NCBI GenBank assembly: GCA_043826435.1
Contig: JBDRQF010000023.1
Location: 1 to 28,286 of the forward strand
DNA length: 28,286 nt
Direction of reading: 5' to 3'
DNA from: Elusimicrobiota bacterium
GTDB taxonomy: Bacteria > Elusimicrobiota > Endomicrobiia > CG1-02-37-114 > JAHJSO01
Below the pieces are notes generated by a model. That model saw only the letters and a list, made by a program, of their open reading frames with translations. It was not told the origin of the DNA and did no database searches. The position numbers and the translations under genes were made by a program. Positions 9,292 to 19,311 of the stretch are shown here, piece by piece. The first letter of the stretch is position 1. Each line of letters begins with the position of its first letter.

Positions 9292-9308
9292 ATTATAAGA
9301 ATGACACA

Positions 9309-9395
9309 TGTCATTGCGAACACGAGCGAAGCGTGGTGGGAAGCAATCTCATGTTTAAGTGGATTGCCACGCTCCTTACGTCCCTCGCAATGACA
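9309..9395. repeat. Inverted dimer of the REP-like unit (87-nt palindromic element) between dnaJ and mtaB
   Basis: TGTCATTGCGA...AAGCAATC...GATTGCCAC...TCGCAATGACA; perfect 11-bp terminal inverted repeat. Confidence 0.92.
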
Positions 9396-9427
9396 ACCAC
9401 AGGGATTACTGAATATCTACTACCGGG

Positions 9428-10534
9428 TTACTCCGACAGATGGGCGAACTCTCTCAGCAGTTCTTTTTGTCTCTCTGAAAGTTTGGTCGGGACATCAATC
9501 AGCACCTTTATGTAAAGGTCGCCGGACTTACCAGTGTGAATGTTCGGCATTCCTTTTTCTTTCAACCGGAATACCTTGCCGGACTGGGTCCCGGATGGGA
9601 TTTTCATCTTCAGTTGTTCTTTTATGCTGGTTATGTCTATATCGCCGCCAATGGCTGCCGTATGAAAAGGTATTTTTGTCTGGGTGTAAAGGTCATCCCC
9701 ATCCCTGTCAAACATATTGTTCTTCTCAAGCCGCACAACAACATAAAGGTCGCCCGGGGGACCTCCCCTTTCCCCGGCCTCACCCTTGCTCCGGACCCTT
9801 ATAGACGTCCCCGAGTTGACGCCTTTCGGAATTTTAACAGTTATGCTCGTCGGTTGTTTTATTTTCCCCCGCCCGGCGCAGGTTGCGCAGGGTGTATCAA
9901 TTATTTCCCCGCTACCGCGACATTTGTTGCACGGCTGGGTGAAAGTAAGAAATCCTCCCAGGGACGACGCCTGCTGTCCTGTGCCCCTGCATACGGGACA
10001 GGTCTTTTTCGTAGTCCCCTGCTTCGTCCCTGAACCATTACAGGTGGGGCAGGTCTCCGTCCTGTAAAAACTTATCGGTTTTTCAGCGCCGTTGTAAGAG
10101 TCGTTCAGCGTAATGTTGACGGGGATTTCAATGTCTGCCCCGCGTTCAGGTCCTCTCTTCCTGATCTTCCTGCCGCCGCTTCCTCCGAAGAAATCAAAAA
10201 CATCCCCGAAGAAACTTTCAAACCCCGTCCCAAAACCCAGGTCGTGGAACACGCTGTCAAAGTCCGCCCCCTTGAATATGTCTTCCTGGGAGTAGCGACC
10301 GTCTATCCCTACATGTCCGTACTGGTCGTACATCCTGCGTTTCTGCGCATCGCAAAGTACGGCATACGCCTCGGAAATCTCCTTGAATTTTTCCCTTGCC
10401 TCTTCCTTTTTTTCAGAAGGTACCCTGTCAGGGTGGTACTGTACGGCCAATTTCCTGTATGCCTGCTGTACATCGGATTCAGAGGCGCCCTTGGGAACGC
10501 CCAAAATTTCATAGTAGTCCCGCTTGGTAGTCAT
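9428..10534 (-). CDS. dnaJ: Chaperone DnaJ
   Basis: J domain with HPD, G/F region, four CxxCxGxG repeats; 4-nt overlap with dnaK. Confidence 0.99.
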   Translation of the reverse strand: MTTKRDYYEILGVPKGASESDVQQAYRKLAVQYHPDRVPSEKKEEAREKFKEISEAYAVLCDAQKRRMYDQYGHVGIDGRYSQEDIFKGADFDSVFHDLGFGTGFESFFGDVFDFFGGSGGRKIRKRGPERGADIEIPVNITLNDSYNGAEKPISFYRTETCPTCNGSGTKQGTTKKTCPVCRGTGQQASSLGGFLTFTQPCNKCRGSGEIIDTPCATCAGRGKIKQPTSITVKIPKGVNSGTSIRVRSKGEAGERGGPPGDLYVVVRLEKNNMFDRDGDDLYTQTKIPFHTAAIGGDIDITSIKEQLKMKIPSGTQSGKVFRLKEKGMPNIHTGKSGDLYIKVLIDVPTKLSERQKELLREFAHLSE

Positions 10535-12432
10535 TTGTTTTCCTTGAATTCGGCGTCAATCACGTCGTCCCTCTTGCCTTCCTTGTCCTTATCCTTGCTT
10601 TCTTCTTTCGGGGGCTCGCCTGACCCGTCCACCGGACGGGTGCCCCCCTGGCTTGCAGGTCCCTCGGTCCCCTGCTTTTTGGAAGCGTCCTTGTACAGGA
10701 ACTCCGCAAGTTTGTGAGACGCTTTTATCAATTCGTCCCTTGATTTGGTTATCCTCGCGGCATCGTCCGACTTTACCGCTTCTTTCGCCTCGCTTATTGC
10801 CCTCTCAACTGCGAGTCGCTCATCCTGTGAAATTTTATCCCCGTGTTCCTTCATCGTCTTTTCCGTATGATAAACGAGGTTGTCAAGTTCGTTCTTCGCC
10901 TCAATCGTTTCCTTCCTCTGCTTGTCCTGGTCTGCAAAACTCTCCGCCTGCTTCACCATTTTATCAATTTCATCCTTTGAAAGTTTATTTGGCGCGGATA
11001 TCGTTATGTGCTGTTCCTTCCCGGTCCCCAGGTCCTTTGCGGATACGTGCAGTATGCCGTTTTCGTCAATGTCAAAACCGACCTCTATCTGGGGCACGCC
11101 CCGCGGCGCCGTCGGGATACCGTCAAGCATGAACCTGCCTAAACTCGTATTGTCCGAAGCCATGGGCCTCTCACCCTGAAGAACGTGCACCTCAACGGAG
11201 GTCTGGTTGTCGGCCGCCGTGGAGAATATCTGCGATTTTTTCGTCGGTATGGTGGTATTCCTGTCAATAAGTTTTGTCATCACGCTGCCGAGGGTCTCCA
11301 GTCCAAGTGAAAGAGGGATTACATCCAGAAGCACTATGTCCTTTACGTCCCCCACGATTATAGCCGCCTGTATGGACGCTCCGAGGGCGACGCACTCCAT
11401 CGGGTCAACCCCCCTCTCAACCTTTTTGCCTGCATGCTCTTCCACAAACTTCTGGACAATCGGCATCCTCGTCGGGCCGCCGACCAGTATTACTCTTGTA
11501 ATGTCGGTGGCGCTAATTTTCGCATCAGCGAGCGACTGGTCAATTGATACGGCGCACCTGTCAACGATGGGGCGCACAATGGACTCCAGCGTGGCACGGC
11601 CGAATTTCATCGTAAGATGTTTCGGGCCTGAGGCATCAGCCGTGATAAAAGGCAGGTTTATGTCGGTTTCCAGTATGTTTGACAGTTCAATCTTCGCCTT
11701 TTCTGCCGCCTCGCGGAGCCGTTGCAGAGCCATTTTGTCCTGGCGTAAATCAATGCCGGATTCCCTCTTGAACTGCAGGGCGATATGGTCAACCATTGAA
11801 TTGTCCATATCCGTTCCGCCCAACTGCGTATCGCCTGAGGTTGATATTACGTTGAACCCGCCTTCCTTCCAGAAGTTCATTATTGTTACGTCCAGCGTCC
11901 CGCCGCCGAAGTCAAAAACCATAATCTTTTCTTCAGACCCACCTTTGTCAAGGCCATAAGCAAGACATGCAGCAGTCGGTTCGTTTATTATTCTCACCAC
12001 CTCAAGCCCGGCTATTGTCCCCGCGTCCTTCGTCGCCTGGCGCTGGTTATCGTTGAAATATGCGGGGACGGTTACAACCGCTTTCTCAACCTTTGTGCCG
12101 AGGAACGCCTCGGCGTCATTCTTTATCTTCTGGAGAATGAACGCAGACAGTTGCTGCGGCGTATATTCCTTGCCATGAATTTTGTATTTGAAGTCCTGCC
12201 CCATTTTTCTCTTGAAAGTGGTAATGGTCCCTTCGGGGTTTGAAACCGCCTGACGACGGGCCGGCTCACCCACCAGCAACTGGCCGTCCTTTGTGAAAGC
12301 GACGTACGACGGAAACGCCTTGCCTCCTGCCGTAACCCCCTCAGCAGCGGGTATTATTGTCGGCTTCCCCGCCTCCATGTAAGCAGCGGCAGAATTTGAC
12401 GTCCCTAAATCAATCCCAATTACTTTAGACAT
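10531..12432 (-). CDS. dnaK: Chaperone DnaK (Hsp70)
   Basis: [50 protein letters not shown]. Confidence 0.99.
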   Translation of the reverse strand: MSKVIGIDLGTSNSAAAYMEAGKPTIIPAAEGVTAGGKAFPSYVAFTKDGQLLVGEPARRQAVSNPEGTITTFKRKMGQDFKYKIHGKEYTPQQLSAFILQKIKNDAEAFLGTKVEKAVVTVPAYFNDNQRQATKDAGTIAGLEVVRIINEPTAACLAYGLDKGGSEEKIMVFDFGGGTLDVTIMNFWKEGGFNVISTSGDTQLGGTDMDNSMVDHIALQFKRESGIDLRQDKMALQRLREAAEKAKIELSNILETDINLPFITADASGPKHLTMKFGRATLESIVRPIVDRCAVSIDQSLADAKISATDITRVILVGGPTRMPIVQKFVEEHAGKKVERGVDPMECVALGASIQAAIIVGDVKDIVLLDVIPLSLGLETLGSVMTKLIDRNTTIPTKKSQIFSTAADNQTSVEVHVLQGERPMASDNTSLGRFMLDGIPTAPRGVPQIEVGFDIDENGILHVSAKDLGTGKEQHITISAPNKLSKDEIDKMVKQAESFADQDKQRKETIEAKNELDNLVYHTEKTMKEHGDKISQDERLAVERAISEAKEAVKSDDAARITKSRDELIKASHKLAEFLYKDASKKQGTEGPASQGGTRPVDGSGEPPKEESKDKDKEGKRDDVIDAEFKENK

Positions 12433-12468
12433 AGAAATGTCCTCCTTTTTTTATTTTCCGTTATCCGG

Positions 12469-13080
12469 TCAAACTTCCTGTACCGGCCCTTCTTCCTTTT
12501 TTGTACCGTCTATAATGTCCGGGGGTGTTCCCGTTCCCGTTTCCGGTTCCGGTTCCGGTTTTTTATCTTCCTGAACGGGTTTCTTCTTGCTCTTCATAAC
12601 CACGACCTTCGCAGCCCTTAAAACGAAACAACCGAGCGTGTACCCCTTCTGCATTTCCTTTTTTATTATTCCGTCTTCATCTGAATCGTCGGAGTTCTCA
12701 TACCCCATTATCTCGTGAAAGGAAGGGTTAAATTTCAAACCGACCGTCTCAATCCTTTTTACCCCCTCCCTGTCCAGAAAGTTCTCAAATTCTTTTTTGA
12801 GAAGTTCTACACCCTGCAGGATGCTCTTTTTGTCGTTTGCAGATTTTGACATTTCAATCGCCTTTTCAAAAACGTCCAGCAAGGCGACGACCTTTGAAAG
12901 GACGCTCTCCTTACCAAGCAAATATTTGTCCTCCTTTTCCTTCTCAACCCTCTTGCGGTAATTTTCAAACTCCGCTTTCAGACGGAGCAACTGCGAGAAA
13001 GAGGCGTCTTCCTTGCCCTGCCTATCTTCTTTTGGGGGCTGCTCTTCTTTTGGTTGTGCCTGGTCTATTTTGTCTTCCAT
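12469..13080 (-). CDS. grpE: Nucleotide exchange factor GrpE
   Basis: LRLKAEFENYRKR, FNPSFHE, QKGYTL..VLRAAKVVV; start placed at ATG 13080 with SD GAGAGG. Confidence 0.96.
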   Translation of the reverse strand: MEDKIDQAQPKEEQPPKEDRQGKEDASFSQLLRLKAEFENYRKRVEKEKEDKYLLGKESVLSKVVALLDVFEKAIEMSKSANDKKSILQGVELLKKEFENFLDREGVKRIETVGLKFNPSFHEIMGYENSDDSDEDGIIKKEMQKGYTLGCFVLRAAKVVVMKSKKKPVQEDKKPEPEPETGTGTPPDIIDGTKKEEGPVQEV

Positions 13081-14131
13081 ACACCGCTGTCCTCTCAATC
13101 ATTTTATTGACCATCCGGCCTACGTAATCAACGAGGGAAATCATCCTGGAGTACTCCATCCTCTTCGGGCCTATTATGCCCAGCACCCCGACGGGGTTTC
13201 CCCCTATCTTGTATGAAGTCCTGATTAAACTCATCTCCCTGAGTTCAGGGATTTTGTGTTCAAGCCCTATGAGGACCTGCACCCCCTCAAGTTTGTCAAT
13301 GTCCGCTTCAAGCATTTTCGCCAGCAGTTTCTTCTGTTCTATAACCCTCAGGACCGACATGAAGTCGGACGGTACGGCTTTCTCCAGGACGGACATAATG
13401 TTGCTGGCGCCGTCAATAAAAATCTGCTCGTCCGCGGAACTCATCATATTGGCGGACAGGGCCTTTACAATTTTCCGGATTTTTTCCTGCCTTGCGTTAA
13501 AACTGTCAAATATCATAAGCATACCGGGTTTCAAATCCGACAGGAGCGTGTTTGCCAGTTTTTCGTTAAGGATAAAACATATATCGTCAAACGTCCTTTC
13601 GTCAACCTCAAACTCCACGTTCACAACCTGATGCCTGACGATGCCCGTGTCGGTAACGATTATCGCCAGGATTTTGTCCTTCGCTATCTTAACCAGCTGG
13701 AAATTCTTCACCCTGTTCTTTTCCAGTTTGGGGACAATCGTAAAACCCGTGTATTTTGAGGTTACTGCTAGCAGGTGTGATGTCTTTATCAGCAGTTCGT
13801 CCAGTTCCTGGGCGCGTAACCTGTATTCGTCCGTTATTCTCCTGCGTTCATCAACGGCGACCGACTGCAGTTCAACGGTTGAATCTACAAAGTGCCTGTA
13901 TGCCTTGTCCGTCGGTATCCTGCCGGACGAACTGTACGGGTGGTTGAGGAACCCATCCTTTTCCAGTTCAAACATTATTTTTCTTACCGATGCGGAAGAA
14001 ATCCCTATGTCATAGTTGTCTGTGATGTCATTTGAACTTACAGGCCTGTTCGTATTGACATAATGGCAAACAATCGCCTGAAGTGTTTTGTTCCTGCGAT
14101 ACTCTGAAATTTCCGGCCTCAAAACGCGCAT
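13022..14131 (-). CDS. hrcA: Heat-inducible transcription repressor HrcA
   Basis: PVSS, SSASVR..LEKDGFL.HPYSSSGRIPTDKAYR, GVLGIIGPKRMEY; first gene of the dnaK operon with CIRCE upstream. Confidence 0.97.
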   Translation of the reverse strand: MRVLRPEISEYRRNKTLQAIVCHYVNTNRPVSSNDITDNYDIGISSASVRKIMFELEKDGFLNHPYSSSGRIPTDKAYRHFVDSTVELQSVAVDERRRITDEYRLRAQELDELLIKTSHLLAVTSKYTGFTIVPKLEKNRVKNFQLVKIAKDKILAIIVTDTGIVRHQVVNVEFEVDERTFDDICFILNEKLANTLLSDLKPGMLMIFDSFNARQEKIRKIVKALSANMMSSADEQIFIDGASNIMSVLEKAVPSDFMSVLRVIEQKKLLAKMLEADIDKLEGVQVLIGLEHKIPELREMSLIRTSYKIGGNPVGVLGIIGPKRMEYSRMISLVDYVGRMVNKMIERTAVYGRQNRPGTTKRRAAPKRR

Positions 14132-14220
14132 AGATGCATTGTCCCAGCGGGGTTTTGTATTGTGTTTTATTTACGGTTGATTTTACGGCGGCGGTTTTTT
14201 AATAACTCCTCACTGGACAG

Positions 14221-14303
14221 TGTCTTTGCGAGGAGCGTTAGCGACGAAGCAATCTCGTTGTTAAAATAAGTGGATTGCCACGCCCTTCGGGCTCGCAATG
14301 ACA
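14221..14303. repeat. Inverted dimer of the REP-like unit in the hrcA 5' leader
   Basis: TGTCTTTGCGAG...GAAGCAATC...GATTGCCACGCCCTTCGGGCTCGCAATGACA. Confidence 0.92.
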
Positions 14304-14327
14304 TCTTTCAGTGAATAGATACGTTTT

Positions 14328-14354
14328 TTAGCAACCGCATAGACCGACTGCTAA
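14328..14354. promoter_or_regulatory. CIRCE operator (HrcA binding site)
   Basis: TTAGCAACC-N9-GACTGCTAA versus consensus TTAGCACTC-N9-GAGTGCTAA; exact 9-nt spacer; immediately downstream of the -10 box. Confidence 0.92.
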
Positions 14355-14355
14355 C

Positions 14356-14385
14356 ATTATACCTAAATATTAACGGGGTTGTCAA
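14356..14385 (-). promoter_or_regulatory. sigma70 promoter of the hrcA operon
   Basis: Perfect TTGACA (14385-14380), 18-nt spacer, perfect TATAAT (14361-14356). Confidence 0.88.
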
Positions 14386-14461
14386 GTGGGGGAACTTTGG
14401 CTGGGGAATTTTAGCACGGGTCAATTTCGCCCCTGGTCAATTCCGGCCCGGGGGCAACTTT

Positions 14462-15430
14462 TTAGTCCGCCTTTTCAAGGTTGGACAGCGAAACGCCGCT
14501 CCTGAGGAGTATCACAAACCCCAGTGACGTTACCGTTATCCATGCGATAAAGTGATATACGACGGCGAAACTCAGGGCAAGGGTCTTGTTGATTCCAAAA
14601 ATAGAAAGGGCTAACAGAGCGAAATACTCCCACGTGCCGATGTACCCGGGTGACGACGGTATGGTCACACTTATTGCCGTTATGCCCAGGACAAGGACTG
14701 CCGCGGGGTAACCGATTCTTATGTCAAATGCAGTGAGACAGAAGTACGTCCCGAGGGCATACACCGCCCATAGCACTACCGTATAAATGGCTACCTTTAC
14801 AAGCCGTTTTTTATCCCTGATGAACCCGAGCCCCACGTGCAGTTGTTCAATAAACTTGTGGATATGAACTCCTATGCCGCGCGACGGGATTACCTTCTTG
14901 GATAAGTTCATAAAAAACTCCTGGTATTTAACGAACAGGAAAACAAAAATAAAAATCGGCAGCACAATGAGAAAAACCACGCCCCTGTCTATCTGCCCCG
15001 GCAGGAATACAAAATACGATCCTAAAATTAAAACAAGAAACGGGGGAAAGATGTCCGTAAGACGCTCAGCCACCACTGTGGAAAAAACAGCCCCCCTGCT
15101 TATATTCTCCCTGTAACTCAGGAAAAACGCCTGGGCGAAATCGCCCATCCTGAAAGGCATTATATTGTTCACCATCTGGCCGACGGCTGTGGCTTCAAAA
15201 TATCTGAAAAAGGGTATTTCCCCTCTGCGCGGGCAGGTCTCCATGAATATCCTCCACCGGAAACTTCTTATAAAAAGGCCCGCAACACCGACCACGTAGG
15301 TTAATATCAGATAAATGAAGTTCGCTGAAGCGATTTCCTGCATTATCTCCCTGACATCAACCTTTCTGAAAGCGAGTACAAGGAAAACGAAACTTATCAG
15401 GACTCCTATAATGACCTTTAATTTTTTCAT
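14462..15430 (-). CDS. Lysylphosphatidylglycerol synthase TM-domain (UPF0104) flippase-like membrane protein
   Basis: Multi-pass hydrophobic protein with RSFRW, NNIMPFRMGD, VVAERLTD, PSSPGYIGTWE motifs. Confidence 0.88.
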   Translation of the reverse strand: MKKLKVIIGVLISFVFLVLAFRKVDVREIMQEIASANFIYLILTYVVGVAGLFIRSFRWRIFMETCPRRGEIPFFRYFEATAVGQMVNNIMPFRMGDFAQAFFLSYRENISRGAVFSTVVAERLTDIFPPFLVLILGSYFVFLPGQIDRGVVFLIVLPIFIFVFLFVKYQEFFMNLSKKVIPSRGIGVHIHKFIEQLHVGLGFIRDKKRLVKVAIYTVVLWAVYALGTYFCLTAFDIRIGYPAAVLVLGITAISVTIPSSPGYIGTWEYFALLALSIFGINKTLALSFAVVYHFIAWITVTSLGFVILLRSGVSLSNLEKAD

Positions 15431-15461
15431 ATCTTATCCGGACCCCTCCGCCGGTCCACTT

Positions 15462-17873
15462 TCACTGCAAGAACGGCTCAATCTTTTTGAAACGTTCGCC
15501 GGTATATATTTCCTGCCAGTGCAGGTAATTCACCGGGGCTGGCACGGCGTGGGCGCTCTTTGCCTCCTGCTCGTCCATTATCTTATATATATAAACGTAA
15601 TTTCTGGGGTCTCTTATGTAATTCGTCCAGAACTCCGGCACCATGGAACCAAACCTACCGTCCTGCAAAGTTACATCTGCAATTCCCCTGTGGACTTCTT
15701 TGACGTATTTTTTCCAGAACTCATTAAAAATGACAAGGTCGGGCCCTTCCCAGTGAAGCATATCATAGCCGGCAAGCCGTCTTGCCTCCGGAAGATTAAA
15801 TAAAATGTGGGTGATTTTCTCCCGCGCCAAAATCTTTCTGATGTCATCTGAATCCTTCGCCTGACTGCATGCTTGTATCACCGGATTTATATCTGCAATA
15901 GTCCCGGCAACGACGTCCCTTTTTAGATAATAAGTCCTGCATTCCCCGAGGAACATTACCTTCGCGTTTGCCGGCAGGTTTTTATTCGCCCAGGGAACTA
16001 CGGGGTAATAGGGGCACGGGTATCCCTGCCGCTGCGTGGAAAGATAGGCGTCCCTGGCCTGGGCTCCGGACATCACCCCCAACGGCTCCATTGAGGGTTT
16101 CTGTATTACGGCAACGAATAGCAGGTTGGTAAACGCCATTATAACTACCGTCGTCAAAACAATCTTTTTAAACCACCCGGCAAAACCGCTTCTCGTAACA
16201 TAGATTGAAAAGACAAGCCCTCCGACGGCGAATGCCGGGACAAAATATCTTAAATACGTCCTGAACGTAAACCATACAACGTAATAAAGGAAAAAGTAAA
16301 CGACCAGCAGTTTTGCGGGCCTGGGCGTTTTCCCGACGAGAAAAACAAAAGGGATGAACAGCAGAAACAGAGCTCCAGAATACGGCTCCTGCGTTTTTTT
16401 ACCCATCGTCATACTCCACGGCAGCGTGAGGAAATTTTTTATACCCCTGTCCGGCACGCCCGGGTCATTAACGTCCACGATAACGCCTTTATTGATGTGG
16501 TGCATGAAATCGCCCTTTACCGGCAACGAGATAAAAGTGGGATACGTCGGGTTTCCGGTCAGGACTCCCGTCCTTACGTACCACGGGCTTGCGACCAGCA
16601 GGGCAACCGCCAGGAAAATAACTGACGACAATGCAGGACGGCACAAGGCGTCCATCCCAACCGCCCCCGGTTCAACTCCAGCGTGCATGTTTTTGCCCTT
16701 AACACCGGCGGCATTCCCCTCCGTGCCGGTCAGAAATGCGTCCCTCAAAAACAAAATAACTGCAATCGCCAGCATACAGTACATACTGGTTGATTTTGAA
16801 CCAACCGCCAGCCCGCAAAACACACCGGACAAAACCAGCCACTGTCTGCGGTGCGTATTGTTTTCAGAATATATCAAAACGCTGAAAACCGCCAGGAGTT
16901 CAAAGAACGTCAGCCCTAATTCTATAGCCGTCTTCCAGGACACCAGCAAAACAATCGGGGCGGTGTAAAATATCACACCCGCCAGGAGCCCTGTCCGTGC
17001 AGAAAAGTATTTTTTCCCCATTGCGTACAATGTGAGGACGCTCAGGACGCCGAACGCGAAGTGGATGAGTTTCGCAAGTATATCGTCGCCGACGAAAAGC
17101 GCATTGGCGTAGAGCGTGTGGAGGTTAAAGGGATAATATGACATGGTAAAATGTTCTAAGGGCTGTATCGTGTGGCTCCTTACCCACCGGTAGGGCAGGG
17201 CGACGTGGTATTTAAGCGAGTCGTAAAAGGTCTCAGGCGTTAGTGAGCCGGCAAGCGTCACCGACAGTGCAATTACAATCAGGGCGATAAGGACAAAATC
17301 AAATGAGGACAGTGCCGCCACCTGACCCGCCTGCGCCGCAGGTTGAGACACCATCCGCCCCGCCCGCACATCCACCCGCCCTGGCGCCTGCTGCGATGGT
17401 GGAACCGCCTTCCGGGCGAACAGGTTCCCGGAAAGCCCCGCAAGGTAAACCACAGCGACCGCGGGCCCGTAAAACATACCCGTGAACCCCAGCAATATAT
17501 TAAACATTATAACAACACCCAGCCCAAGCCCTGTTGAAAAAACCGTCTCTTCAATGTTATCGGAAAAATTCATTCCCAGTATATTCCTGAAAATAAAAAC
17601 ACCCGCCCCCCGCGCAGAAAGCAGGAATATTGACAGCAGGACAAAGTCCAGAAGGTACTTCAGCCACGCGGACACAAACCTTCCGACGTTAAACGCCTGG
17701 CTGCCGTGCGGTAGTGAAAAAATCCACGATAAATACTGCGAGGAAAAATTCGCGGGATACACCCTGTAGTAGTTAACAATTACAGAATAACCCCACACAA
17801 ACAAAACCGCCATGCATAAAAATACGGGCAACCTGCAAACAAAATTAACGGGATGCTCTTTTTTCTTTGTCAT
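15462..17873 (-). CDS. ArnT/PMT-like GT-C membrane glycosyltransferase
   Basis: Many TM helices, DSLKYH loop motif, GLAVGSK, PWYVR..TGNPTYP, RYFVP, C-terminal soluble domain; 29-nt overlap with the upstream gene. Confidence 0.75.
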   Translation of the reverse strand: MTKKKEHPVNFVCRLPVFLCMAVLFVWGYSVIVNYYRVYPANFSSQYLSWIFSLPHGSQAFNVGRFVSAWLKYLLDFVLLSIFLLSARGAGVFIFRNILGMNFSDNIEETVFSTGLGLGVVIMFNILLGFTGMFYGPAVAVVYLAGLSGNLFARKAVPPSQQAPGRVDVRAGRMVSQPAAQAGQVAALSSFDFVLIALIVIALSVTLAGSLTPETFYDSLKYHVALPYRWVRSHTIQPLEHFTMSYYPFNLHTLYANALFVGDDILAKLIHFAFGVLSVLTLYAMGKKYFSARTGLLAGVIFYTAPIVLLVSWKTAIELGLTFFELLAVFSVLIYSENNTHRRQWLVLSGVFCGLAVGSKSTSMYCMLAIAVILFLRDAFLTGTEGNAAGVKGKNMHAGVEPGAVGMDALCRPALSSVIFLAVALLVASPWYVRTGVLTGNPTYPTFISLPVKGDFMHHINKGVIVDVNDPGVPDRGIKNFLTLPWSMTMGKKTQEPYSGALFLLFIPFVFLVGKTPRPAKLLVVYFFLYYVVWFTFRTYLRYFVPAFAVGGLVFSIYVTRSGFAGWFKKIVLTTVVIMAFTNLLFVAVIQKPSMEPLGVMSGAQARDAYLSTQRQGYPCPYYPVVPWANKNLPANAKVMFLGECRTYYLKRDVVAGTIADINPVIQACSQAKDSDDIRKILAREKITHILFNLPEARRLAGYDMLHWEGPDLVIFNEFWKKYVKEVHRGIADVTLQDGRFGSMVPEFWTNYIRDPRNYVYIYKIMDEQEAKSAHAVPAPVNYLHWQEIYTGERFKKIEPFLQ

Positions 17874-19308
17874 TCCCGAACACCTTCTTTAATAAATTTA
17901 CCGCCGGGGCAAGCATCCGGGCAAACAGCCGGGCAAGCCCCCTGACAATCGCAGAATCCATCGCAGGTGTCACCACCGGGGCGATTGTGTTTTTTATTTT
18001 TATCGCCGAGGCAACCGGGTTAGAAATCATGTTGAACATTAATTTCGCCGCCTCCCCCCTGTGCCTCATAAAATACTCCAGATACATCAGCGTGCGCATC
18101 TTCCTGAGTTTTTCCGTCGGAATCATAGAGGTGTTTATTACAACCCTCTCCTGTGTAAGCGATTCCCAGTCAATATCTTCATGTTTTTCCGGCAGAAGTC
18201 CTTTTGATTCCAGCATATTCCAGTATTGCGTTCCGGGATATGGTGTGAGAAAACCGATAAGCGGGGACGCTATGTCGTTTTTCGCAATGAACCTTTTTGT
18301 CAGTTCAATGTCTTCCAGCGTCTCGGTCGGGCTACCTATGATGAAAGTCCCGTGGGGGATTATCCCCGCTTCCCTGCACATACGGACCGCATCCTGCGCC
18401 TGTTCAACTTTCGCGCCCTTGTTCAGAATGTCCAGTATGCGCTGGGAACCGCTTTCAAACCCGAAATTCAGCAGGCGACACCCCGCCGATTTTATAACCG
18501 ACAAAATTTCCTTATCAACCGTCTCAACCCGCGTTGCAGTCCCCCACACGATATTCTCCAGTTTGTTCCTGCGGATAAGTTCGCACAACTTAACCGTCCT
18601 GTCCCTGTCGGCGAGGAAGTTGTCGTCCATGTAATATATTGCGTCTATGCCGTAATTTTTTTTCATGTACGTTATTTCTGAAATTATCTTTTCGGCGGAG
18701 TCCCACCTGCACGGAGCGTTCTTCCATGTATTGTGGCAGAATATGCATCCGCCGTGCGAACACCCCCTGCTGGTGAGCAAGTGCCCCACCCTGGAGTTGC
18801 GGGGGAGGGACGAAAGGTGTACGTTGTAGGGTATCCTTTTCCTGGTTTCAATATAAAAATCCATTTTCATCAGGTGCCGGGCAGGCAGTGGAACGTCGTC
18901 AAGGTTTTTTATGTAGTCGCCCCTGTGGATGCCCTGCTTTATTCTGCCTGCCGCAATATCCAGCATCGCAATCTCGCCTTCTCCCTGAACCACAACGTCA
19001 GCGTGTTTTATCGCCTCTTCGGGCATGACGCTGGCATGGACGCCTCCTATGACGGTCAGTATTTTCTGCCGGCGGCAAAAATCCGCTATTTTATACGCCT
19101 CCGGAACGACGGGCGTGGTTGCGGTTATGCCAGCAACGTCCGGCTTGTATTTTATAATTTCCTGCTCTATGTTTTCTCCCGCCAGTTGGTCTATAATCTT
19201 TACGGAAACGCTGTTCTTCTCAAGGTATGCGGCTATAAATCCAAGATTCAGCGGTTCATGCTGGGAGTATATCGGCAGTGTCCCCGGATTAATCAAAACG
19301 ATTTTCAT
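17845..19308 (-). CDS. Cobalamin-dependent radical SAM enzyme (class B methyltransferase-like)
   Basis: B12-binding domain (PLNLGFIAAYL, GGVHAS, GEGE), SRGCSHGGCIFC, DDNF, GFESGSQ, TPYPGT. Confidence 0.9.
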   Translation of the reverse strand: MKIVLINPGTLPIYSQHEPLNLGFIAAYLEKNSVSVKIIDQLAGENIEQEIIKYKPDVAGITATTPVVPEAYKIADFCRRQKILTVIGGVHASVMPEEAIKHADVVVQGEGEIAMLDIAAGRIKQGIHRGDYIKNLDDVPLPARHLMKMDFYIETRKRIPYNVHLSSLPRNSRVGHLLTSRGCSHGGCIFCHNTWKNAPCRWDSAEKIISEITYMKKNYGIDAIYYMDDNFLADRDRTVKLCELIRRNKLENIVWGTATRVETVDKEILSVIKSAGCRLLNFGFESGSQRILDILNKGAKVEQAQDAVRMCREAGIIPHGTFIIGSPTETLEDIELTKRFIAKNDIASPLIGFLTPYPGTQYWNMLESKGLLPEKHEDIDWESLTQERVVINTSMIPTEKLRKMRTLMYLEYFMRHRGEAAKLMFNMISNPVASAIKIKNTIAPVVTPAMDSAIVRGLARLFARMLAPAVNLLKKVFGNDKEKRASR

Positions 19309-19311
19309 ACA

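Noticed and set aside
14388..14461. Degenerate ~15-nt repeats (GGGGAACTTT / GGTCAATT) downstream of the flippase gene
   Set aside because: Too degenerate to define a unit or function by eye.
17869..17879. TGTCATTCCCG at the GT-C start, similar to the end of a related repeat family
   Set aside because: Only about 11 nt, no hairpin body, and it lies in doubly coding sequence; chance is sufficient.
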